Below are positions 32,540 through 41,223 of a stretch of DNA of 64,000 nt, in pieces; positions within the stretch are counted from its first letter, which is position 1, and every line of letters begins with the position of its first letter. The notes beneath the pieces were generated by a model. It saw only the letters and a list, made by a program, of their open reading frames with translations, was not told the origin of the DNA and made no database searches. A program made the translations under genes and the position numbers. The stretch spans positions 1,984,001 through 2,048,000 of the forward strand of contig OY970176.1 of NCBI GenBank assembly GCA_963707955.1. Direction: 5' to 3'. The DNA is from Candidatus Bathyarchaeota archaeon. Its GTDB lineage: Archaea; Thermoproteota; Bathyarchaeia; Bathyarchaeales; Bathycorpusculaceae.

Positions 32540-32645
32540 GCCGAGGTAGCTCAGCCTGGGAGAGCGCTCGTCTCGTTGTCTCTCAACAGCGAGGGCGAAG
32601 CTGAAGACCGAGTCGTCGCCGGTTCAAACCCGGCCCTCGGCACCA
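32540..32645 (+). tRNA. tRNA-Phe(GAA) with 29-nt intron at non-canonical position 30/31
   Basis: Removing 32571-32599 gives CTCGG CT GAA GA CCGAG; BHB helix CGCT/GGCG with bulges CG|T and AA|G; CCA encoded. Confidence 0.93.
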
Positions 32646-32742
32646 CAATGGACTTTTTGTTGTGTTGCAGCCAACACGTCAGCAGCTCTGCAATTGAAAT
32701 CGTACTCATTTATTGGATCACGCGAACGCATGTTTGCTCGTT

Positions 32743-33300
32743 CTAGCCTTTTGTTTCCATGAGTATTTCTTCAAGTATTGGTAGCATGTTGCTTATGCGT
32801 GCCCTTCTCTTGAGGGCATCAAGATCTACTTCGGTGAACTTCAGGATGGCTTTCACGTCTTCTATGTCTTTGAAAGCTCTTTCCTTGGGAATCGTTGCCT
32901 TTATCATACGGAGCTTTGCCAAAATCAGTTCTTCAGGGATCTGGTAGAACGTTGTCAGACTCAGGATAGTTCCCGGTCTCTTGTTCAACCTCCTTCCTGA
33001 GAAAATCGTGTCGAGTGTGAACGGCGATCTGCTGTCCTTGAACGTTGCTATCTTGAATCTGGATTCAAATGCCGTGTCAATCCTGCGCTTTTCAACCTTT
33101 ACTCCTGCTTCCTTCAACGCGGACTCAAACTCGCTCCGGTTCCTACCTTCTAATGAAATCCTGACAATAACATCTGCGTCCATCGTAGTGCGAGGCGTAC
33201 CATAATAACTCGCTGCCAAAGCTCCGGTGAACATATAATCTATCCCTGCAAAATTGAAGCTCTTCACAATCCTTCTGATAAATCCTTCAAAAGTCTCCAG
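32743..33300 (-). CDS. Nucleotidyltransferase-fold protein (DUF6036/AbiEii-like), possible toxin
   Basis: TGALAASYYGTPRTTMDAD, PEELILAKL, KDIED; frame open upstream to CTG at 33300. Confidence 0.75.
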   Translation of the reverse strand: METFEGFIRRIVKSFNFAGIDYMFTGALAASYYGTPRTTMDADVIVRISLEGRNRSEFESALKEAGVKVEKRRIDTAFESRFKIATFKDSRSPFTLDTIFSGRRLNKRPGTILSLTTFYQIPEELILAKLRMIKATIPKERAFKDIEDVKAILKFTEVDLDALKRRARISNMLPILEEILMETKG

Positions 33301-33303
33301 ATT

Positions 33304-33492
33304 CTAAACCCCGCGATAACGTCTCCTGCCAAAACTGATTCGTTCTCTCACACGTTTCATAAGTTCTCCTTCAGTGATCTTGCAGTCTTGATCTTTGATG
33401 GAACCAGCGCAGATGTTCAAGCATAAGTCCGACATGTAGACTGCCGCGTTCACCCTTTCATCTGGTTTTAACTTAGACCTTGGCAAGCGCAT
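33304..33492 (-). CDS. Small partner protein, possible antitoxin
   Basis: 62 aa, LKPDERV..GSIKDQ..ITEGELMKRVRERI; immediately upstream of the nucleotidyltransferase. Confidence 0.6.
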   Translation of the reverse strand: MRLPRSKLKPDERVNAAVYMSDLCLNICAGSIKDQDCKITEGELMKRVRERISFGRRRYRGV

Positions 33493-33671
33493 TCCTAGAA
33501 AATAGATGCTGGACTACCTTTAAGAAGTATTTCCTTTTCGCGGAGTAAGTTTTCCGTCTATCACTTTTTTTAAGGACCATTATGCTAGAGCGTTCGTTGT
33601 GCCGATCTAACTCGACTTGTCACAAGCTTAAAGGGGAACAAGGAGCGTAGGCATTAAAAGAGCGAAAGGTT

Positions 33672-34085
33672 ATGCCCCACTGTCTAAAGTGCGGTTCAGA
33701 AGTGGATGAGAAAATGGTCTTCTGCCCTAAATGTGGCGCACCGCTGAGGATGGAACAGCCTGCGGACCTGAGAGATGAGTGGAGGACAAAACGGAGGGAA
33801 TGGAGGGAGCAGAGAAGAGAGCAAAGAAGACAGAGAAGACAGGGTGAGAAAAGCGAAAAGGAGGAAAAGTGGGAGAGAACAGAGAAGCATGAGTACATGT
33901 TCTTGGGGCCGCTCATCGGTGGACTGGTGCTCATAATATTCGGAGCTTTTCTCTACTTCTTAATAGTCGGAGGCTTCAGCGTACAGCTCCTAGGTGCGCT
34001 CTTCCTCGTCTTCGTCGGAGTGATAATCATAGTTGCCGCCTTGTACTCCATCGTTGTAGCAGAAAGAAGACACCGGAGACCTTAG
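33672..34085 (+). CDS. Zn-ribbon plus charged helix plus two-TM protein
   Basis: CLKCG..FCPKCG; R/E-rich linker; two TM helices. Confidence 0.85.
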   Translation: MPHCLKCGSEVDEKMVFCPKCGAPLRMEQPADLRDEWRTKRREWREQRREQRRQRRQGEKSEKEEKWERTEKHEYMFLGPLIGGLVLIIFGAFLYFLIVGGFSVQLLGALFLVFVGVIIIVAALYSIVVAERRHRRP

Positions 34086-34341
34086 ACACACTTGCCCGCG
34101 CTGGCGTACGAACTTTTGTAAGGCGTTATCAGCCGGCGAGTTCATGGAAGTGAGCGATCACCTAGGTTAATGATCTGAACGTTTGAAGATGCTGCTTCGA
34201 AAAACAGGGAACATGAGGCTCGGCAAGCCTCGAAGCTTTGGTTCTTGATCGAAAGTTCAGCGACGCAGTCAAGTCTCAGTGGATGGAGTCAAGAAAAACT
34301 CGTGGAAAAAAACTATCGTGCACATTCTTCCTTCGGTCGCG

Positions 34342-34497
34342 CTATTCGCTCTCTTCGCTTCCTCGTTGCATCATCCTTCGCATCATTCCACGCATTTGAG
34401 GCATGTTCTTCATGCTCTCTTTCATCAACTCCATCAAAGCCTCGTTTAACTCTACTTCCAACGTAATTTTCGCGTGGCCTTTCTTCTCTTCACTCAT
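34342..34497 (-). CDS. 51-aa Met-rich small protein (missing from the ORF track)
   Basis: MSEEKKGHAKITLEVELNEALMELMKESMKNMPQMRGMMRRMMQRGSEESE; GGAGGTGA Shine-Dalgarno directly upstream. Confidence 0.75.
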   Translation of the reverse strand: MSEEKKGHAKITLEVELNEALMELMKESMKNMPQMRGMMRRMMQRGSEESE

Positions 34498-34501
34498 CGT
34501 A

Positions 34502-34762
34502 TCACCTCCAGATTCTTTTGAACATTCGAACTAACGTGTCTCTTAATATCCACGTTGCCTGTTGCCGCTTCAAATCTAGGTCAACCTCAATTCTGTAGTG
34601 AAACTTGCCAATTCTCCTCGTCTTGACGTTGTAGTCGTCAATCAGTCCTCTGTTCTTCCAGTCCTTCAGTCTTCTTCGCAGCCAGAAAGAGATGAAACGA
34701 GGTGACACTGGCTCCAAAAGCAAGGCAAATCTGACGAAGAGAGGGAGACGATGTGAGGACAA
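34502..34762 (-). CDS. Small basic hypothetical protein
   Basis: 86-aa ORF whose stop overlaps the SD of the Met-rich gene. Confidence 0.65.
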   Translation of the reverse strand: MSSHRLPLFVRFALLLEPVSPRFISFWLRRRLKDWKNRGLIDDYNVKTRRIGKFHYRIEVDLDLKRQQATWILRDTLVRMFKRIWR

Positions 34763-35063
34763 ATTGCATACGCTTCCAATGCTGGCTAGCTAAACGAACG
34801 CTTGCCTTATAGTCCTTACGTTTTACATCGATTCACTACAGTTGAGATTCAATCGAGAGACCTCTAAGAAAATCTCTGGCAAACAGCGAATGATCTAAGA
34901 GCTTCAGTCGATCGATTCTTTGGAGCTCCACCTCGGAAAACGTCAATGTGCCTATCTGGAACAAAAGCTTTGCCCATTTTCTGCGATTGTGTATAGCTAT
35001 GTCAGCCTTGCCTGGCTTTGTTTTCGGGTCTTCTGGTTGTCCGGACGATTGGCATGAAGCAAT

Positions 35064-35102
35064 ATTACCAATAGGTAAGCCTATATATTACCTAAAGGTA
35101 AT
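35064..35102 (+). promoter_or_regulatory. Two TTACC-N4-GGTAA operators flanking a TATA box
   Basis: TTACCaataGGTAA (35065-35078), CTATATAT, ATTACCtaaaGGTAAT (35087-35102). Confidence 0.75.
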
Positions 35103-35134
35103 TACTGTCTTGTAATAAAGGAAGCGAATCACGG

Positions 35135-35545
35135 ATGAAGCTGAGACTTCAATTGGTGCGAGACGGAGAGACGCTGTTCGAGATTCCTCTTTCGCCGGAG
35201 GACTGGGCGAAGAAGGACTTGCAAGAAGAGTTGAAGGAGACGGAGGAAAATTTTGAGAGGTTCTCAAACATTTTTGATGTTCTGTCCCACGAGACGCGGC
35301 TGAGAATGATGATGCGACTTGTTGGAGCAGACGATCGCACGTTGAGTTTTGCAGATTTCATGCAGGACCTGGACCTAAACCCCAAGATCGTCTGGGAGAA
35401 CTCCAAAAAGCTTGAGAAAGGCGGCCTGTTGGAGAAGACTGGAAGGGGAAAGTACGTGTGTTCGGAGTTCGGGGAGACGTTCATGATGATAAGTCTGGCT
35501 TTGCGCCGTCTGATAGAATCGCTAGAAGAAATGGAGCAACTTTAG
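35135..35545 (+). CDS. ArsR-like winged-helix regulator, probable heat-shock repressor
   Basis: FDVLSHETRLRMM, wHTH with GLLEKTGRGKY wing; upstream of hsp20. Confidence 0.8.
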   Translation: MKLRLQLVRDGETLFEIPLSPEDWAKKDLQEELKETEENFERFSNIFDVLSHETRLRMMMRLVGADDRTLSFADFMQDLDLNPKIVWENSKKLEKGGLLEKTGRGKYVCSEFGETFMMISLALRRLIESLEEMEQL

Positions 35546-35560
35546 GGGAGGTGAAAGAGC

Positions 35561-36133
35561 TTGTCGTTTGATGATGACTTTGGCGATATTTTCAACGACT
35601 TCGATATCTTCAAGCTGATGAAGAAGTCTCAGAACGAGCTGGAAAAGATGTTGAAAAGAATCCGGAGCGGAGAAATCGAGGGCTTATGGGAGATAAAGCA
35701 AATCGATGAGCCTGACATAAAGGGATTCGAAATTCGAGGCCGCTTCGGGACAGAGGAGCCGCTTCACTCGTTGGAACCAGTCGAACCGTTGAAGCCTTCG
35801 AAGAGACGACCGTTGCGTGAAAGGCCCTTCGAAGTTCCGAAGACTGCGTTGAAGGAGATGCGTGAGCCACTGGTTGACATCTTCGAAGAAAATAGTGCCG
35901 TAAAAGTGTACGCCGAGTTGCCTGGCGTTGAAAAGGACGACATAAAGCTGAAAATCGGAGAAGGTCGTATTGAAGTCAAGGCCAAAAACTTCTACAAGAC
36001 CATAGACTTGGCCACCCGACACATTGCAACGAACGGTGTTTCAACCCAGTACAAGAACGGAGTGCTTGAGATAACACTTCCAAAGATGAAAAAACTGCGC
36101 GAAAAGGACGCGAAGAACCTGAAGGCAGCGTAG
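35561..36133 (+). CDS. hsp20: Small heat-shock protein (Hsp20)
   Basis: EPLVDIFE, AELPGVEKDDI, YKNGVLEITLPK; GGAGGTGA SD. Confidence 0.93.
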   Translation: MSFDDDFGDIFNDFDIFKLMKKSQNELEKMLKRIRSGEIEGLWEIKQIDEPDIKGFEIRGRFGTEEPLHSLEPVEPLKPSKRRPLRERPFEVPKTALKEMREPLVDIFEENSAVKVYAELPGVEKDDIKLKIGEGRIEVKAKNFYKTIDLATRHIATNGVSTQYKNGVLEITLPKMKKLREKDAKNLKAA

Positions 36134-36417
36134 ATAAGCAGCACTTCGCTCTGCCTTTATTTTGCTTCGGCCGACAAATGTTTGCCGAATTTCTTTTTTC
36201 CAGTTTTTGCCTAGCGTTGTTAGCACCTCGCATATTGCGCGCGCTAATGCTATGTGCCCAATGGGTAGGCGCTGCTAAGTTCAAAACGGCCACTGACTAA
36301 AACAACGCCAAAAGATACTTGAACAACGATTTTGGCACAAAGAGTAGACTTAAATGCCGTGTTTAGAAAAACAAAATAGGGACATCTGCGAAGTGTCCTC
36401 TGCGCTACGCGCAACCT

Positions 36418-36495
36418 GCGGGCGTAGTCTAGTTTGGTCTAGGACATCAGCCTGCCACGCTGACGACCCGGGTTCAAATCTCGGCGCCCGCACCA
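36418..36495 (+). tRNA. tRNA-Gly(GCC)
   Basis: GCGGGCG acceptor stem, TCAGC CT GCC AC GCTGA anticodon arm, GGTTCAAATC, CCA encoded. Confidence 0.95.
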
Positions 36496-36538
36496 AGAAC
36501 TTTCTCTTCTCGGAAAGAGAACCTAGGAGAAAACGGCG

Positions 36539-39403
36539 TTACGGGTAATGTTGGCCGAAGTGGCGTAGGGCGGTAACTACGTCTCCCATGTCTACTCTGC
36601 CGTTGTCGTCTATGTCGCAGTTGGCATTGTACCTTGCCATTCCAGTCGTTGACCCGAATGCCGTGAGTATGAGCGTTACGTCTCCCTTGTCAACCTTAAA
36701 GTTTCCGTCAACGTCGCCTGGAATGGTTACGATCGCATTGCCGCCCGTGCAATTGTTGTTCGCAGTGTTTGTTTCGTTTTGAACGGGCCATGCGTAAGCG
36801 CTTATGGTGTAGTTGCCATAAGCAAAGCCAGCAGTGTTCCAGGTGAAGGTGATGAGGGTGGACGTTGCGCTGAGCAAACTAGTGACGGTTATATTTCCAA
36901 TTGGGGCTGTGTTGGCGTAGAGCGTTACGTTAAACGTTTCTGGCCAGTTTCCTAGGTTTGTAGCGGTCACTGTCAGGTTTTGGGAGTAGCCTTGGCCGAT
37001 GATGGCTTTATAAGACGACACTTCGGTGACAGCAACGTCGTGATATGGAGAGGTTGTGAGGCTGATTGTGAAGTTGGCTGCAGCGCCTATCCGGTCGCTG
37101 TAATCATAGGCTTGATAGTTCCCAAAAGCGGTGACCGAGCCTGAAATCATGGCTTCAGCTGTTATGCTGACCGTTCCGGTCACGGACGAGTTTGCTATCA
37201 ATGTCCAAGTTACGGTTTGACTGTTTCCAGCTTCCATGAAACCTGTGCCTAAGGTCTTGGTTTGGTCTTCGCCAGGAGCAAGAATTAGCCCAGAAGGCAA
37301 CGTTATCGATGCATTGCAAGATGAAGCTGGATAAGTTGACACAGCGCCTGGTAGAGGTTGTGGATAAGTAATCGTCGACTGCACTTGGAACGGCGTTCCG
37401 GGCGAAACACCAGTCGGTGCGGAGAAAGTCACGTTCCAAGGAGAGACATAGAGAGCCCAGTAGTCATCATACGACCAAAGGTCCATGAATTTGCTGATGT
37501 TGAAAGCAGTAACTGGGCCACCGTAATTGCTTCCCCATAACGCCTTGTTCCACGGGTCCTGCATAAAAATATTAGTCTGATTGTAGCCTATTGCAACGCG
37601 AAAATGGCCATTAACGTGGCTGCTGGTAAACCACATGCACAGTATAAGCGGTTTCCCCTGTTCAAGAAGACTTTCAAGAACCGTCAAGTTCATGCCATAT
37701 GTTTCGAAGGCCGAACACCCTAAAGGCTGCGAAGTGTACCCTGTAATGTTGTAGGGAAGTTGATTACCCGTCGACGTGCTCGAATTGCTGAACTGCGCTG
37801 CCCTCCTCAAGTCATCGTCAGCAGTTCCGTCGTATGAAGGAAAGCCGATGGTTCTCGCGGCGGATGCTATTTCAGACTGCGATATGCTCCTGCCGTAGTA
37901 ACTGAAGACCATTTGAAGACAGGCTGGACCGCAATAGTAGTCTTTTTCTTGAAAGCTGAAAGGAACCGGAAGAATAGTCTCACCTGAAGCCACATAGTGA
38001 GCAGTGTAAACTCCGCCGGATGACACCGTTATCGTCGTAGTCCTTTCACCATCTTCCCAATCCAGAAACGCATTATTGTTCGCATCTGCGGTCGTCACGG
38101 TAAAAGTGTGAGTGCCCGTTAGCCCTGTCGCCGTGTAAGGAGTCCCATAGCCGGTTGGCAACCCGTCCATCGTAATCGGCACGTTAACATCCGCGTTCTC
38201 AGAGTAGTCGTGAGCACAAATGACGACACTGTACACGTAAGTTTGAGACGAACCGAAACAATACACGTTGTCATCCTGCGAGCCCACGTACAGCATCCCC
38301 TCAGCAACAGCTGGGGAAGAATACACTGCCCCACCCGTCGTGTAGCTCCACACCAAAGTCCCCGTCGACCCGTTCAAACAATACACGTTGCCGTCGTCCG
38401 AACCAACATAAACCATCCCTCCTGCAACAGCAGGAGAGCAATCCATCTCGCCTCCTGTCATGTAGCTCCACACAGGCATGCCAGACGCACCGTTCAAACA
38501 GCAAACTCCATCCTCTAATCCAAGGTAAACGTCGCCGCCAGCGACAGCCGGAGAAGACAGAGCCAAGCCTGATGTGTATTTCCATACAAGCATCCCAGTT
38601 GAAGCGTTCAAACAATAAACATTGTTATCATATGAACTCACGTAGACAGCGTCGTTGGCAACAGCTGGAGAAGAAAACACCCAGGCACCAGTCGTGTAGT
38701 TCCACACCGATGCGCCTGTTGTGGCGTTCAAGGCGTAGAAGTTGTTGTCATCTGAGCCTACGTAGACAACGCCACCGGCAACAGCTGGGGAAGAATACAC
38801 TGCCCCACCCGTTATGTAGCTCCACACCAAAGTCCCCGTAGACGCGTTCAAGCAGTAAAAATCATTATCGCACGACCCCACGTAGACAGCGTCGTTGGCA
38901 ACAGCAGGAGAAGACTCCACCTGCCCGCCAGTCGTGTAGTTCCACACCGATGCGCCTGTTGTGGCGTTCAAGGCGTAGACTTTGTCGTCGCCTGAGCCCA
39001 CGTAGACAACGCCACCGGCAACAGCTGGGGAAGAATACACTGCCCCACCTGTTATGTAGCTCCACACCAAAGTCCCCGTCGACCCGTTCAAGCAATACAC
39101 GTTGCCGTCGTCCGAACCAACATAAACCATCCCGCCTACAACAGCAGGAGAAGAAAGCACATAATTTCCCGTAGCGTAGCTCCATGCCGTATGGTTTGTT
39201 GTCGGTGCTGACGTTGAATACCCACTGTGGTTCAGGTCATGGTGAAACATCGGCCACCAGTCTACGACGTCTGCAGTGGACTGTGCCACAGTGGTTCCAG
39301 AGCTACCATGGGACTCGGTTGCTCCGATGAAAGTGCTCGTGGATAATACCGATATGAAAAACAGCATGACTAGGACGAAACACACAATCGCTTCTCTTTT
39401 CAT
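36539..39403 (-). CDS. Secreted protein: PQQ-like beta-propeller, C39-like peptidase, CARDB, dockerin-like domain
   Basis: Eight SSPAV..G.VYVGS.D..VY.LN..TG..VW repeats; QEKDYYCGPAC, HFRVAIGY, DPW catalytic motifs; HDVAVTEV; PGDVDGNFKVD..CDIDDNGRVD. Confidence 0.9.
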   Translation of the reverse strand: MKREAIVCFVLVMLFFISVLSTSTFIGATESHGSSGTTVAQSTADVVDWWPMFHHDLNHSGYSTSAPTTNHTAWSYATGNYVLSSPAVVGGMVYVGSDDGNVYCLNGSTGTLVWSYITGGAVYSSPAVAGGVVYVGSGDDKVYALNATTGASVWNYTTGGQVESSPAVANDAVYVGSCDNDFYCLNASTGTLVWSYITGGAVYSSPAVAGGVVYVGSDDNNFYALNATTGASVWNYTTGAWVFSSPAVANDAVYVSSYDNNVYCLNASTGMLVWKYTSGLALSSPAVAGGDVYLGLEDGVCCLNGASGMPVWSYMTGGEMDCSPAVAGGMVYVGSDDGNVYCLNGSTGTLVWSYTTGGAVYSSPAVAEGMLYVGSQDDNVYCFGSSQTYVYSVVICAHDYSENADVNVPITMDGLPTGYGTPYTATGLTGTHTFTVTTADANNNAFLDWEDGERTTTITVSSGGVYTAHYVASGETILPVPFSFQEKDYYCGPACLQMVFSYYGRSISQSEIASAARTIGFPSYDGTADDDLRRAAQFSNSSTSTGNQLPYNITGYTSQPLGCSAFETYGMNLTVLESLLEQGKPLILCMWFTSSHVNGHFRVAIGYNQTNIFMQDPWNKALWGSNYGGPVTAFNISKFMDLWSYDDYWALYVSPWNVTFSAPTGVSPGTPFQVQSTITYPQPLPGAVSTYPASSCNASITLPSGLILAPGEDQTKTLGTGFMEAGNSQTVTWTLIANSSVTGTVSITAEAMISGSVTAFGNYQAYDYSDRIGAAANFTISLTTSPYHDVAVTEVSSYKAIIGQGYSQNLTVTATNLGNWPETFNVTLYANTAPIGNITVTSLLSATSTLITFTWNTAGFAYGNYTISAYAWPVQNETNTANNNCTGGNAIVTIPGDVDGNFKVDKGDVTLILTAFGSTTGMARYNANCDIDDNGRVDMGDVVTALRHFGQHYP
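38290..39185. repeat. Intragenic ~120-bp tandem repeats (propeller blades), alternate copies nearly identical
   Basis: 38690-38840 is nearly identical to 38930-39080 (240-bp period); 38342-38420 is nearly identical to 39055-39132. Confidence 0.85.
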
Positions 39404-39665
39404 TTTCCTTCCCCTTCCCCTGCATACTGATGGTTAAAGCCTGAATTAAAAGTTTACCCAGACCATACACTTGAAAGCTCTATTCGTTTCGCGCGCGTTC
39501 TTCCAGAAAAAAGAAAGGTGGTTCTTAGGCCTGGCATAAACCCAGCCTTTCGCCTCAGGTCGCCACAAGTCTTCCATCTCGGAGATTGTTGACAGGGCTC
39601 TGAGCTCTGAGAGTTGTTGTCGCACCTTCAGGCAGTGTTAGAATCTCTAAGTCTGTGAGGCTGTG

Positions 39666-41219
39666 CTAGGGCTTGACAACTTCAGCGTTTTCGGTGCTGA
39701 TTCCGCGCCAGTTTATCTTGTATCCGAGTGCTTCTAAAACGCCTGTTGCATCTTCCACTCCTTCAGTTTCGATCGTTTCAGCGGCTTCGGACAGGCTGAT
39801 TCGTCCCTTCTGCTTGATTCGCTCATCGATTGTTCTCCCGATCTGTTCAAGCCGGTCTTTTCTGACCAGCTTGTCGGACATCACAACGTAGTCCTGCGGA
39901 GGTTTTTCAGTCAGCGCTGCCTTGACAGCTTCTGATGAAACCCCGATTCTCGCGGCCAACTCTTCAAAGTTCACGATGGGCTCAGTGAACACTATGGGCA
40001 GTTCTCTGACAAGACTGGTCTGCTTCGCTTTGACCTCTCGAAAAGCTTGTTCCAAGTAGCGAAGAACTGGCGATAACGGGATTCTGTCATGGTAGTACAT
40101 GACGTTCAATCTTCCCTGCTTGCCCAGGTTTGACAGTTTTTCGCATGCCAGCTTCTGGTTGACGGCCACGAGCATGTCAACGTCGGTTTTCTTCAGTTTC
40201 TCGACCTTTCGTAGCAGGTAATCGACGGTCCAGAACCCAACGATCTCTAGGTACACTTTAGTTCCGTCTTTCTCAAGTGAGAAGTCGGGGATGATGACCT
40301 GTCTGCCCGCTAGAACAGGCTCAGGTTCCCTCTTCAAGATCCACCCGGACGTCAGGGCCTGAAAACGCGTGGCGAAATCCTCTTCAACGCTGCTGTCGAA
40401 GGACAGCTGTGCTGGTTCTGTTTTCCTCATCAGAGCGCGGTGTTTCCAGCTTTCGATCTTGAAGTCGCATATCTCGTTCGTGTATTTCCACAGGATCTTC
40501 GCCTCAACCGTCCATTCTGGGCTGGCAACTATGACGGGAACAAGTTTGGCTGTGGCCGTTCCGTACCTTCTGGTCAGCTTGAAGAGGCTTGCGGGACCGT
40601 CTACCTTCACCCACAGGCGCTCAGCTTGATAGGCCTCGTAAATCAGGCCTAACCGCTTGATAGAACGGAAGATCTGCTGCCAGTTGCCCGACGCCGTGAA
40701 CCTTACCTCGGTAGAGTCGAAAAGAAGCGTCTGCGTCAAGCTGACGTTGTACTCTTGAAGCAGCTCTTGTGCAGATAAAGGTTCAAACTCCTCCAACACC
40801 AGCTCGGTGTCCAAGTCTGCGTCGAAGAACTGCTCAACCATCGCCACGTCTACCTTCAATTCTGAGGCGACAGCCTCAACTATTCGCGCTCTGCGTTCCT
40901 GCGTGGTGGGCAACCCGAGTCTTCCGACTGCCTGAAAGATCCTCCTTCTCAGGTCCACAGCATTGATCTTGTCGTCACATCTGAAGCGGCTTCTCCTGTC
41001 GAGAAGAAGGGACAAACCCCGGACAAAACGATAATCGTAGCCTTCATCCTCAAACCCGTCTACAAACTCCTTCACGACGCGCTTCTTCTCACCGACGTGG
41101 CGCTTGTAGGCTTCAACGAGACCGTTAGCGACATCCAGCTTATCGGCGGACAGCGTGGCGTAACGCGGCCAGACCGTGCCCTTTCTCTTCCAAACCGCTA
41201 GAAGCTCGCTCGGAAGCAT
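39666..41219 (-). CDS. bax1: DUF790 family endonuclease (Bax1)
   Basis: MLPSELL, YNVSLTQTLL, DGPASLF..RYG, FDSSVEEDF, REPEP..IPDF..YLEIVGFWT. Confidence 0.9.
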   Translation of the reverse strand: MLPSELLAVWKRKGTVWPRYATLSADKLDVANGLVEAYKRHVGEKKRVVKEFVDGFEDEGYDYRFVRGLSLLLDRRSRFRCDDKINAVDLRRRIFQAVGRLGLPTTQERRARIVEAVASELKVDVAMVEQFFDADLDTELVLEEFEPLSAQELLQEYNVSLTQTLLFDSTEVRFTASGNWQQIFRSIKRLGLIYEAYQAERLWVKVDGPASLFKLTRRYGTATAKLVPVIVASPEWTVEAKILWKYTNEICDFKIESWKHRALMRKTEPAQLSFDSSVEEDFATRFQALTSGWILKREPEPVLAGRQVIIPDFSLEKDGTKVYLEIVGFWTVDYLLRKVEKLKKTDVDMLVAVNQKLACEKLSNLGKQGRLNVMYYHDRIPLSPVLRYLEQAFREVKAKQTSLVRELPIVFTEPIVNFEELAARIGVSSEAVKAALTEKPPQDYVVMSDKLVRKDRLEQIGRTIDERIKQKGRISLSEAAETIETEGVEDATGVLEALGYKINWRGISTENAEVVKP

Positions 41220-41223
41220 GCTC

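Noticed and set aside
36539-39403. C39 peptidase as the leader protease of the rSAM system
   Set aside because: It lies 5 kb away beyond unrelated genes, is secreted, and is not the ABC-fused type; no evidence of linkage.
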